Below, piece after piece: positions 46,401 to 57,303 of a DNA stretch of 64,000 bases. Below the pieces are notes generated by a model. The model had not been told where the DNA came from. It saw nothing but the letters and a program-made list of their open reading frames with translations, and did no database searches. Location of the stretch: the NCBI GenBank assembly GCA_010093745.1, contig MU005973.1, forward strand, positions 124,001 to 188,000, written 5' to 3'. The first letter of the stretch is position 1; every line of letters starts with the position of its first letter. Origin of the DNA: Piedraia hortae CBS 480.64 (taxonomy: Eukaryota). Made by a program: the position numbers and the translations under genes.

Positions 46401-47971
46401 CGTCGAAGCAGATGGGCAACGTCAGCCTTTTCCGGAGCTTCAGCAGATTTGTCGCTGCCATCAGCCGGAGCGAGGTTGACTACGATATCTTGAAAGCCAA
46501 GCCGCCATACTTTGAGGTATTCGGCATAATGTCTCGACGTATTCTCGGCCCACCGTACCAACTCGTTTGCATCGTGAAGGGGAATTCGCTTATGAGACGC
46601 CTTTAGCTTTTCCAGGGCAACGCCCATTTCTACAATCGGCCGAGTGATGTCTCTGCCGGCAGCGGTGCCGCTAAACAGCCGCTTGGTGCCTGTAGCATCG
46701 GCCTTTTGCAGCACATGAGTGAGTAGAACGGGGATGACGCCGTCGACCAGCGTCCGCAGCTCTCGCTGGTACTTGAGTTCGTCGGTAGAGACCTCATTCA
46801 TGATATCAGCAGTCGACGCGCCGGCGACGTCTCTCCGCCGCACCGACTTGACGCGGCTGCTCGGTTTGGAACTCGACAGGACGGACATGAGGTCCGAATG
46901 TTTCGTTAGCCGGCGTTTCAGGCCGACGACCCCTATGGTCTCTGCGGGCGGCGATGACAGCGTCTCTGCCGATGCTATTGTTGACAGTTGGGGCGGACGA
47001 CGGCTGGGGACGTCTGTCACGGAAACGTTATCTGTGGATATTGACGCGGGCCTCTCCTTGACGGGGCTTGTGACGACCGATGGCGGCCGCTCTTTCACAG
47101 GCGACTGCGTCTGCCGTCGCGCACCGCTTCGTCTCAGCGACGAGGTGGAGAAGGCCGTTGACGGGGTAGAGACCTTTGTAGGAGTCTCGCTGGCGACAGA
47201 CACGCGGCTGCCTTCGGACCTAGTGTGTCTGGATAGATTCAGAGGCTTCGGCGTCAGGGCATCGCGCTCGGTGAAAGGATCCTCTGTGGTCTCCAGCCAT
47301 CCTTCGATGCGGTTCTTGGGTCTGGGAGGCTCCTTTTTCTCCGCTGCAGTCCATGACGACGGCTTCTCCGGGGATGGTACGCCGGCGCTGGCCGCCTTCG
47401 GCTTCTCTGCTGCCGGTTTGCTGTCCGGAGGCTCGGTGGTGTGGGAGCGCTGGCGGCGCTTGATGTAGACCTTGACGCCGCTGTCCTCGTAGTCTGGCCT
47501 GGGCGATGACGGTGGGCTCTTGACGGTGGCAGCGGCAGCGGCAGCGGCGGCAGCTTCATTAGCTTCTCGATCGCGCCGCCAATGGGCATCGCTGACGACG
47601 CGTTTCTTGGGGGCAATGGCCTGTCTCAGTTCGGCGCCGAGATCCGCTCCCACCCGCTCCCTCCGTCGGATCCATGCTTGCCGTTGGAGATCGATTTCGT
47701 ACTGGTCCGTTACCTTGACGGGCGCATTCCGGGCCTTTGTCGGGCTTGGTGCGCGCTGCGTCTTTTGATTCTCTAGCCTGACGTTCTCTGCTTTGGCACG
47801 CTCTGGCTTGACTCTCTCTGTCCTGACTTCACCTTCCCCGGGCTCCTCGTGGGCGGGAGGCTGCTTAGGCGCGTCGCCGGCGTTCCAGGCATGGATCTTG
47901 GACTCAAAGTCCTGCGATCGCCGTCGCGCCAGTCGCGGACCCAGCGCGGCCTTATCCTCGCCATGCGTCAT
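43471..47971 (-). CDS. Large uncharacterised fungal protein with DH-like and PH-like domains and Ser-rich linkers
   Basis: About 1470-aa ORF with 'DELKYQRELRTLVDGVIPVLL', 'LLRRPLVRLKYL', 'LELTPLVPLRRGTALDISIRSPP' and 'ERVARTGIAVSVW'. Last intron 43522-43597, final exon 'EREAAYTFSLVGKLRY*'. The start is uncertain. Confidence 0.8.
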
Positions 47972-48063
47972 GTAGGTGGTGTGCTGGAGAGTTTGCGTGG
48001 TGTGCAAGGTTCGTCTTCACCATGGGGACTGTCACGTCACTACGACGCGCTGTCCATCTACGT

Positions 48064-49235
48064 CTATATACGGATCGCGTATCGTCGGAGATAGTCATAA
48101 TCAGCCACGTTGGCCTCGACCGTCTTCTTAACCACGTCTGCTCCCTCCTTGCCAAACTTTTCCGTCCATTCCGCATACATTTCCTCGTCTGACTTGGGAA
48201 CTTTCTTCTGCGCGCTTGTCAGTCTTGCCATCCGCCTCGTTTCTGTTACCTACATGTTTCCTAGGCTTCAGGTCGTTCGATCCAAGCGCATCGTCGTGCC
48301 AGCCATCCCACTTGTCAAAGACCTTTTTCGCAAACTCATGGTAGTCCGCCTGGTTCCAGTTGAGCATATCAGGCTCAAACTCGATACCTACGGATCGGCA
48401 ATATCTCGTCAAGATGCCCTCAGGGTCGTCTAGCAGATCGTCGGCGTCAATGACGCAGATCTCGGTTCCTTTCTGTCCGTCCTGGCCGTCCTGGCCGTCC
48501 TGGCCGCAGGCGTTCGGTCCAATCAAGCCATTATCTTTGCACCAGTCAAATAGGACACGCAGCTCCTTGTAGCCAGCCTCGGACGGCATGAAGGGCGAGA
48601 ACCCTGTCCGCTCCAGAAGAGGCGGTATGCAGCAACGATAGTAGCTGGGAATGGAAAACTTTGGATGACGAATGAGAAAGGTAAAATGGAATTTTTCCAG
48701 CAACTCCTTTGGTATGATGGTTGGATTCCCAGGCTCAGCTGGTGTCTCATAAGGAAATGGCGGCTTGTTGGTGGGCAGCTTGGCATTCGCCAGAGTAGGC
48801 GCAATGTGCGGTTTCTGTCCCTCTGGTGGAACAAGATACAAAGCCATGTCCTTTATAAAGACACGTTTTCCCTGCATCACGGGTAAGCATTGTCTGCTAC
48901 CCTGGGAGAACCAAAATGATCAAAACGGAGGGGAATGATATCCCACCTCGGAAGCGGCCTTTTCAATCTCTTCGAAAATCATCTTATACGTCAGCCCCGA
49001 AAAGCCGCCCTTTCCTCTTGTTGCCTCGTCGTCTTCGAACCGTGACGACATCCTCTCGGGGCCAAAGTAGAAGGGCTCCCCAAACGGCTCATGGAGCGTG
49101 TTGAGCGTTTGGTGGCGAGTCATGAAGACCTGCTAGGTTAGCAGAAAAACTGAAGAGAAAAACCGTACACACCCGTTCAAATGCCGTTGAGCAGGCTCGC
49201 GGATGAGTAGCCGCTAGAATGGGCCTGGAAGACAT
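48064..49235 (-). CDS. P-loop sulfotransferase-like protein (BCAT-like N-terminal domain family)
   Basis: 'THPRACSTAFER', 'HEPFGEPFYFGPER', 'FIKDMA', 'FLIRHP..SIPSYY' and 'VIDADDLLDDP'. Three short introns. Confidence 0.82.
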
Positions 49236-49399
49236 GTTTGATCGGATCCTGTGAACCGCTCAAGGTTTTATATACTGCTGACTGAACGCCATAATTAGGG
49301 AGGGCCCCACCGGCTCGGCGGTTTCTGATACTCTAAATCTGACAGCCTTGGAAAACAGCCAGTAGGAGGTCGCCGTACACGTTATTGGCAGTTATTGAT

Positions 49400-49922
49400 T
49401 CAGCCATGTCTTAGTTTGGCTGGCACCGCCCAGTTGTTAACTCCCCACCACCATCTCCGCACTTTTGCCCCCATTGACTGCCCTGAAAACTGCGATTCGC
49501 GGTTCAAATGATGCCAGCCCAGGATCATTAGACTCCAGGCCATGCCCTGTATCAGTGGGAATAGAATCTACCGTGTTATTTGCCACCTTATACAGATGTG
49601 CTGCATCGCTTACCTGGTCGCGGATGGTTATATAGGCAACGCTCTTCCAGTCCGTAGCGTTCTTGATGCTGGCGAGATAGCTCTGTTCAAAGCGCAGATC
49701 AGGAATTGGCGGCATCTGCGGCCGTCGCGGCGCTGGGCGGAGGACAGAGGCGGGAATGTCGCCGCTGTCTACAAACGAGGCCTCGTCGGGGCCGGCGTCG
49801 AGCACGACGGGCTCCTTGAGCGAGGCCGCAGTGGAAGGATTGACATCGTGATCTATGGAAGGGGAGCGCTGAATGTGCGCCGTCTGGATCGTCTCTGCGA
49901 CCTGAATGGCTGCGTCTTCCAT
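49400..49922 (-). CDS. DUF1770-type fungal membrane protein
   Basis: 'AETIQTAHI', 'PDLRFEQSYL' and 'ITIRDQ', then an intron, then 'PLIQG...RRWWWGVNNW'. Confidence 0.75.
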
Positions 49923-49993
49923 GTGGTGATGGGGGTGGTTGTGACTCCGCACTGGACATCACACACACGCAGGTAGAGACATCTAATAGCAAA

Positions 49994-50603
49994 ATGGGCA
50001 ACGCCAACAGTGCGACAATAGAGGGCATTGTGCAGAATAGCAACTGTGCGTGAGTGGATTATAAGACAGGATAATACTGACAGGACAGTCGACCGGGACG
50101 AAGTGGACCGCCTGCGCAAGCGGTTCATGAAGCTGGACAAGGACAACTCGGGCACAATCGAGCGCGATGAGTTCTTGTCGCTGCCGCAGGTTTCTTCCAA
50201 TCCACTGGCCACGCGTATGATTGCCATCTTCGACGAAGACGGTGGTGGCGATGTGGATTTTCAGGAATTCGTCACCGGCCTCAGCGCTTTCAGCTCAAAG
50301 GGCAACAAGGAGGAGAAGCTGCGCTTTGCATTTAAAGTGTATGATATCGACCGCGACGGTTACATCTCCAACGGCGAGCTATTTATTGTTTTGAAAATGA
50401 TGGTCGGCAGCAATCTTAAGGACCAGCAGCTGCAGCAGATTGTCGACAAGACGATGATGGAAGCTGATTTGGATCATGACGGCAAGATTAGCTTTGAAGA
50501 GTTTACAAAGATGGTTGAGAATACCGACGTTTCCATGAGCATGACTTTAGGTGAGTCTTCTTCCCGTACCTGTGGATGGTACTAACGATTAGATGATTTT
50601 TGA
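49994..50603 (+). CDS. CNB1: Calcineurin regulatory subunit B
   Basis: Myristoylation start 'MGNANS', '[17 protein letters not shown]' and four EF-hands. Introns 50046-50088 and 50551-50592. Confidence 0.97.
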
Positions 50604-50941
50604 GACAGTGCTACTAATCAGTGCTGCTGGCAACGATACTAATCAGCGTTGCTATAGCCTTGATACTAATAAGTGGGACGCAGCTGCATGCTGTCAGGAC
50701 AGGCCTCTATATCTTCAATATTTTTCCTCTGTCCAGTACATCCTCTTCCATCCTACTTTTATGAAGCTCTCTACGTCCGCACCAGCACTCTCTGATATTC
50801 CCAAACCCTCTCGATATCAAGCCCTACGTCTGTCTGCCTCTGCTTATGCCCGCATCTACAAGTACAAAGCCAAGCACATGGCGTCCAAGTACGCTCACAA
50901 AGCCGACGGCCTCACCGGCAACCGTGGAAGTAAAGCCAAGC

Positions 50942-52003
50942 ATGCTGTCAAACACCGAATCAACAAGAACCCTGTTACCTAAACTTCTAACCACCCTCCT
51001 AGCCCTGGCAACATGTCTCGGACTGGCTTCAGCAGAGCACCACATGAAACGCCAACCAACGCTTGAAGCCCGCCAAAGCGTCAATACCGTCCCTCTAACC
51101 ATCAACAACCAATGTCCCTCGACCGTCTGGGTCGGAGTCTACACCACGGGTAATGATGTGGACCTAAACACCGGCTTCGCCCTCGACGCCCAACAAACCC
51201 GCGCATTCAACGTCCCAACGCACTGGCAAGGCCGCGTCTGGGGCCGTACCAACTGCACCTTTGGCTCCATGAATTCCGTTGGCGGGTACGGCGAAGCCTG
51301 CGTCACGGGCGACTGCGGCGGCGTCTTGGATTGCAAGACCCCCGGCAACCCACCCGCCACCCTCGCGGAGTTCACCATGAACGGCAGCGATTCCCAAACC
51401 TTCTACGACATCAGCCTCGTCGACGGCTACAACCTCCCCATGGCCATCATCATGGACCCCAACGGGGTCCCCGCACTCGAAAAAATCAACCTCGCAAGCA
51501 CAAACCCCTCGTGCGTAGCCTCAATCGGCGACTTTGGACCCATGGACTGGAACCCTTATGCATCTGGCCAATCCTTTCTCGGTACGACACTAACCAACCC
51601 TCTACCCTTTGTAAAGACGCTTACAGCAGCGCTGGTCGCGGCATGGTGTCCGTGGGATTTGCAGAGTTCCATGCCCGAGGGCCCAGCGAATGGGGTGTTT
51701 AGATACCCGGATATGAGCGTCTTACGACCAGCATTTGACCCGTGTGTGTCGGCTTGTTATAAGCATCGCACGGACGAGTATTGTTGCACAGGGGAACATA
51801 ATTTGCCAAGCACGTGTAGTGCGAGTTATTATTCGAAAGCGGCGAAGACGGTGTGTCCGGATGCGTATTCGTTTGCATTTGATGATACGACGAGTACGTT
51901 TATTACGCCTGCCGGTGGGGGGTATGAGGTGAGGTTTTGCCCCGGGGGGTTTTCGACGGATATCTTGAAGGATACGAAGGGGAAGCCGGTTTATAATAGT
52001 TAG
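50942..52003 (+). CDS. Secreted thaumatin-like protein
   Basis: 'NNQCPSTVW', 'WQGRVWGRTNC', 'CVTGDCGG', 'TLAEF', 'YDISLVDGYNLPM' and 'CPDAYSFAFDD'. Signal peptide and KR site. Confidence 0.92.
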   Translation: MLSNTESTRTLLPKLLTTLLALATCLGLASAEHHMKRQPTLEARQSVNTVPLTINNQCPSTVWVGVYTTGNDVDLNTGFALDAQQTRAFNVPTHWQGRVWGRTNCTFGSMNSVGGYGEACVTGDCGGVLDCKTPGNPPATLAEFTMNGSDSQTFYDISLVDGYNLPMAIIMDPNGVPALEKINLASTNPSCVASIGDFGPMDWNPYASGQSFLGTTLTNPLPFVKTLTAALVAAWCPWDLQSSMPEGPANGVFRYPDMSVLRPAFDPCVSACYKHRTDEYCCTGEHNLPSTCSASYYSKAAKTVCPDAYSFAFDDTTSTFITPAGGGYEVRFCPGGFSTDILKDTKGKPVYNS

Positions 52004-52282
52004 GTGGTGGGTGTCTATGGGGATGGCTATTCGTTATGCTAGTGCGAGGTTTGTGGTGGTAGTTGTTGGATATGACTTCCACACACTGCGAATTTACCTG
52101 ACAGTATAGCGGACAGATGCAGTAAACCCAAATGAAACCCAGGAACCCAGTGGTCTGCCTTTTCCCAATGTGCAAAGCTAAACTCCGGCTGCAGCTCGAA
52201 CTCATCAATACAACCACGGTAACCAAACCACACAATCTCTCCCCACTTCAACCAACAAGGCCACACACCCACTACACAATCA

Positions 52283-53089
52283 ATGTCTCGCCGCGAAGCA
52301 TCCCCGCCTCCCAAGCAATTCAACAGAACCCCCCTCACAGCCCTCCTCCCCCCCCTCCTCGTCCTGTTAATAACACCCCTCCTCCTCTCCCTCCTCCTAA
52401 CCTCAACACCCTTCTTCGGCTACCGACTCCACCGTCTTCTCCACCACTTTCGTTCCCCCATCACCCTAACCCCCTCCGAATTAAAACTCTACAACGGCTC
52501 TTCCACCACTTTACCGATCTACCTGGCATTAAACAAAACGATCTACGACGTATCCTCTAATCGCGATACGTACGGCCCGGGCGGTCCGTATGGTTTTTTC
52601 GCGGGGAGGGATGCGTCCCGCGCGTTTGTGACGGGGTGTTTCGAAAGCGATTTGCGGGGGTACTTGGGGGGGAGTGAGTGGGTTTATGTGCCGAAGCATA
52701 TTAAAAGGCCGAGGGGGAGAGGGGTAAGCAAGCATAGGGGTTCCGAGGAGGATGGAGCCAAGGAGGGAGAAAATACCCGCGGGGGTGGTGATGTGGGTGA
52801 GCGTGATGATGACAAGGGGAAGGAAACTAGGGATGACAAAGAAACCAAGGAAGCCAAACTCGAACGCGAACGAGCATTGAGATTAGCGAGGAAACAAGTC
52901 CGAGAGACGATTGAAGGATGGCAGAAGGTTTTCCGGGGAGAGACGGGGAAGGATTATTTTGAAGTTGGGAGGTTGGTGGACGTGGATGAGGAGGAGGATG
53001 GAGGGGAGGCCTTGTGTGAGGAGGCGGAGAGGGCGAGGCCGGAGGTTGGGATGGGGAGGGATAGGGGGAGGATTCATAGAGGGGGGTGA
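52283..53089 (+). CDS. Cytochrome b5-like heme/steroid-binding (MAPR family) protein
   Basis: N-terminal TM helix, then 'LTPSELKLYNG...IYLALN..IYDVS...YGPGGPYGFFAGRDASRAFVTG'. Confidence 0.88.
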   Translation: MSRREASPPPKQFNRTPLTALLPPLLVLLITPLLLSLLLTSTPFFGYRLHRLLHHFRSPITLTPSELKLYNGSSTTLPIYLALNKTIYDVSSNRDTYGPGGPYGFFAGRDASRAFVTGCFESDLRGYLGGSEWVYVPKHIKRPRGRGVSKHRGSEEDGAKEGENTRGGGDVGERDDDKGKETRDDKETKEAKLERERALRLARKQVRETIEGWQKVFRGETGKDYFEVGRLVDVDEEEDGGEALCEEAERARPEVGMGRDRGRIHRGG

Positions 53090-53300
53090 GGACCTTAAGA
53101 GAAGGGGAGTGGTTTGTGATGGTAGAGTGGGAAGATGTGGACAGGAAGGGGAAGACTCCACTCCGCTGGATTCAGGCGTCTACGGGTGCTTGGTGAGAGT
53201 GAAAGACATTGAAAATCATATATTCGATAGCCATCTCCTAATATGGACATAAAAGGATCTGATTCAACCATCCTCAAACCCCACAAAAGAAAGCATGCCA

Positions 53301-54872
53301 TCACCCAACCTGACGACGATACCACATCCCCAGCACCAAAACCACCACCCACCTCACTAACGCACTCATTTTCGACCTCCCTCCCAACCCAACCACCAAC
53401 CAAACCCAACTCGGCCTGAGCGTCCTCCCCTGGCGATCAAACCACGGCTTCAACTCCGACATCATCTTCAACTGCGCCGTCTTCTTCGGCGTATACGGGG
53501 GATACCTCACATCCAAAAATCTCTCCATCCACGCCGGCGTACTCGTCACGGACCTTTTATGCGTGAACGTATCAAACGACGCTTTACCATGATACGCACC
53601 CTGTCCACTATCCCCCACCCCACCAAACGGCAAAGTAGGCACACTAACATGGATATATCCATCATTGACAGCCGCTCCACCGGATCTTACTTGCGAGAGA
53701 ACCTTCTCCGTCTCCGCAGCGGTGCCAAAGGGGTAGAGACCCAGCGGGGTACTGTGCACTGTGTTCGCGATTCTGATCGCTTCGTCGAGGTCTGAGACGG
53801 GGAGTAACGGGATGATCGGACCAAAGGATTCTTCTGTGATTAGGGGATCGTTGGGGGATGAGACTTCGATCACGGTTGGTTCGATGTAGAGGGTTTCTTT
53901 ATCGACAGTACCACCGATTAGGATTCTTCCGTCGCTTTTGTTGAGCATGTCGTTGATGCGGGTCCAGTGGCGCTCGTTGACGATGCGGCCGTAGTCGTCA
54001 CTGTTTTGGGAGCCAGTTGGGTGGAACTGTTTCAAGGTGGTGCGGAGCTCAGAGACGAGGGTGGGTAACACGTCCCGGTCGACAAGGACGTAGTTTTGGC
54101 TCACGCAGACTTGACCTGCGTTCATGAGTTTGGCCCACAGGAGACGTCGCGCGACGAGGCGGGGGTCGGCGTGCTTGGTTACGATGGCTGGGTTGCGGCC
54201 GCCGAGTTCGAGGGTTGTTGGTGTTAGTGTCTCGGCGGCTTTTTGGGCGATGATTTTGCCGACGGCGGCTCCGCCGGTGTAGAAGATTTTGTCCCATTTT
54301 TGATTGAGGAGGGCGGTTGTTTCGTATACGCCGCCTTGGGCGCAGATGTAGGCGTCTGGGTCGAGGCTTTGTTCGATGATTCTCTGCATGAGACGCGCTG
54401 CATTGGTTGAGTTCTCGGATGGTTTGATTACGGCAGTGCAGCCGGCTGCAATGGCCCCGACTAGAGGGCCGAGTGTTAGTTGGATGGGAAAGTTGTAGGC
54501 GCCGATGATCAATACCACTCCAAGAGGATCCTTTCGGATACGAGGCTTCATGAACGAGTTGATTAGATTGACGTCCACTGCACGCTCATCCTTGGCCCAT
54601 TGCGGCACTTTCTTGATCATGTAGAGAATGTCGTTTACTACCATTACCAGCTCAGTCACGTATGTTTCGTAGGCGCCCTTGTTGAGGTCCAGCTTGCATG
54701 CTTCCATCATAGCCACCTCCGAGTCCTTGAGCGCCCAGTACAGCGCTTTGAGCTGTGCGAGACGCCATGGTACACTGCGTGTTACATGTGAGTTGAACTT
54801 GTTCACAACGCGGCGGTGGATGGTCGGCACGTCTTCTACGGGCGTTGGCGTAAACGGAGCGAGGTCGGCCAT
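53301..54872 (-). CDS. Membrane-anchored aldehyde dehydrogenase (Hfd1 / CarD-YLO-1 type)
   Basis: 'IGAYNFP', 'KPSE', 'FYTGG', 'LELGGRNP', catalytic 'GQVC', 'EESFGP' and 'PFGGVGDSGQGAYHG'. Hydrophobic C-terminus. Confidence 0.92.
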   Translation of the reverse strand: MADLAPFTPTPVEDVPTIHRRVVNKFNSHVTRSVPWRLAQLKALYWALKDSEVAMMEACKLDLNKGAYETYVTELVMVVNDILYMIKKVPQWAKDERAVDVNLINSFMKPRIRKDPLGVVLIIGAYNFPIQLTLGPLVGAIAAGCTAVIKPSENSTNAARLMQRIIEQSLDPDAYICAQGGVYETTALLNQKWDKIFYTGGAAVGKIIAQKAAETLTPTTLELGGRNPAIVTKHADPRLVARRLLWAKLMNAGQVCVSQNYVLVDRDVLPTLVSELRTTLKQFHPTGSQNSDDYGRIVNERHWTRINDMLNKSDGRILIGGTVDKETLYIEPTVIEVSSPNDPLITEESFGPIIPLLPVSDLDEAIRIANTVHSTPLGLYPFGTAAETEKVLSQVRSGGAAVNDGYIHVSVPTLPFGGVGDSGQGAYHGKASFDTFTHKRSVTSTPAWMERFLDVRYPPYTPKKTAQLKMMSELKPWFDRQGRTLRPSWVWLVVGLGGRSKMSALVRWVVVLVLGMWYRRQVG

Positions 54873-54993
54873 GTTCATGTTAATCATCGAGTATGTCTTG
54901 ACCTATCTTATAACTGCTTCAGAATGTGTTATGGCTTGTGACTCTGTTACTTGATGTTCCTCTTCAGCCTCATTTCATATGCCTCGGCACACC

Positions 54994-56345
<1,352 letters not shown>

Positions 56346-57012
56346 AGTTTTTCCGTGTGATATCAGAGAGCGATCCTACGCTGCACTCCCTCGGCCCTAT
56401 ACTGGTCCCCGCACTGCACGTGAGAACCCCTCGAAAAGCGTTCAGTGTGTGTTGTTCAAGTAATCGAAACCTGTGGTGGTTTTTGCCTTTGTTGTTTCAT
56501 GTAGCCATCCGTTTTTTGTCATCCAGCCCTCACGCCCACACGCCGCTTCATCGTGTAGCCTTTGCATCTTGGAAGTACCTGGCATCGGAAGTAGGAAAGA
56601 TCACTTGTGAATGAGTAGACCAAAAATTAGGAAGGATATTGAAAACGCTCGACAACTGTGCTTGTGACACTACTGAAACTCATCCACACGTCTATCCAAT
56701 GTGGTCCCAGAAAGTCACGTCCTGCCGGCAAAGATTGCGTCTCCTTTGGATGACTACAGATGCAGTTTGATCAGAGTCATGACCCCGACATCAACGACGG
56801 ACAGCCATTTTACCAAAAATTTCCCTGACGGACGGGGATTTACCTCAAACTCTGCCAATCAGTTAACGGTCCCCTCGGGCGAATGTGCAAACTGTTAACA
56901 AACAGCTGGGAAGGGTGAGCCGTTGGTGCCGCACGGGTCTACCCAACGGTTGATAAGGGTGGCTGGTGCGGCTGGGGGAGGGCGGTGAATGGGTAGGGAA
57001 GGGGTAAAAGTG

Positions 57013-57129
57013 ACGCGTAGGCGCATCAAAAGCGCGAGACCTCATCTCAAACGCGTGACGTTGTTCCCTCAGTGACAGCCGGTGACTTTCGGAGACAGCC
57101 GGAGACAACCGGAGACAGGCGGATACAGA
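57013..57129. promoter_or_regulatory. Two ACGCGT (MCB) boxes plus a 10-bp CGGAGACA-type repeat x4
   Basis: ACGCGT at 57013-57018 and 57051-57056. CGGAGACAGC/CGGAGACAAC/CGGAGACAGG/CGGATACAGA at 57090-57129. Confidence 0.45.
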
Positions 57130-57303
57130 CGTTACGTTTCTGACAATATTGGATACCCCGATACCGACTCCGCCACAGCAAACGCCAAAGACCCGCACGG
57201 CTAAACTTCTTTTGCGGTTGTGCAGCTCAACCGGCCCCATTGTCGCACACACAAACGACTGTGCAATGCACCCTCTTGTTGCTTTTGCATGAGCCTTGGC
57301 ACC

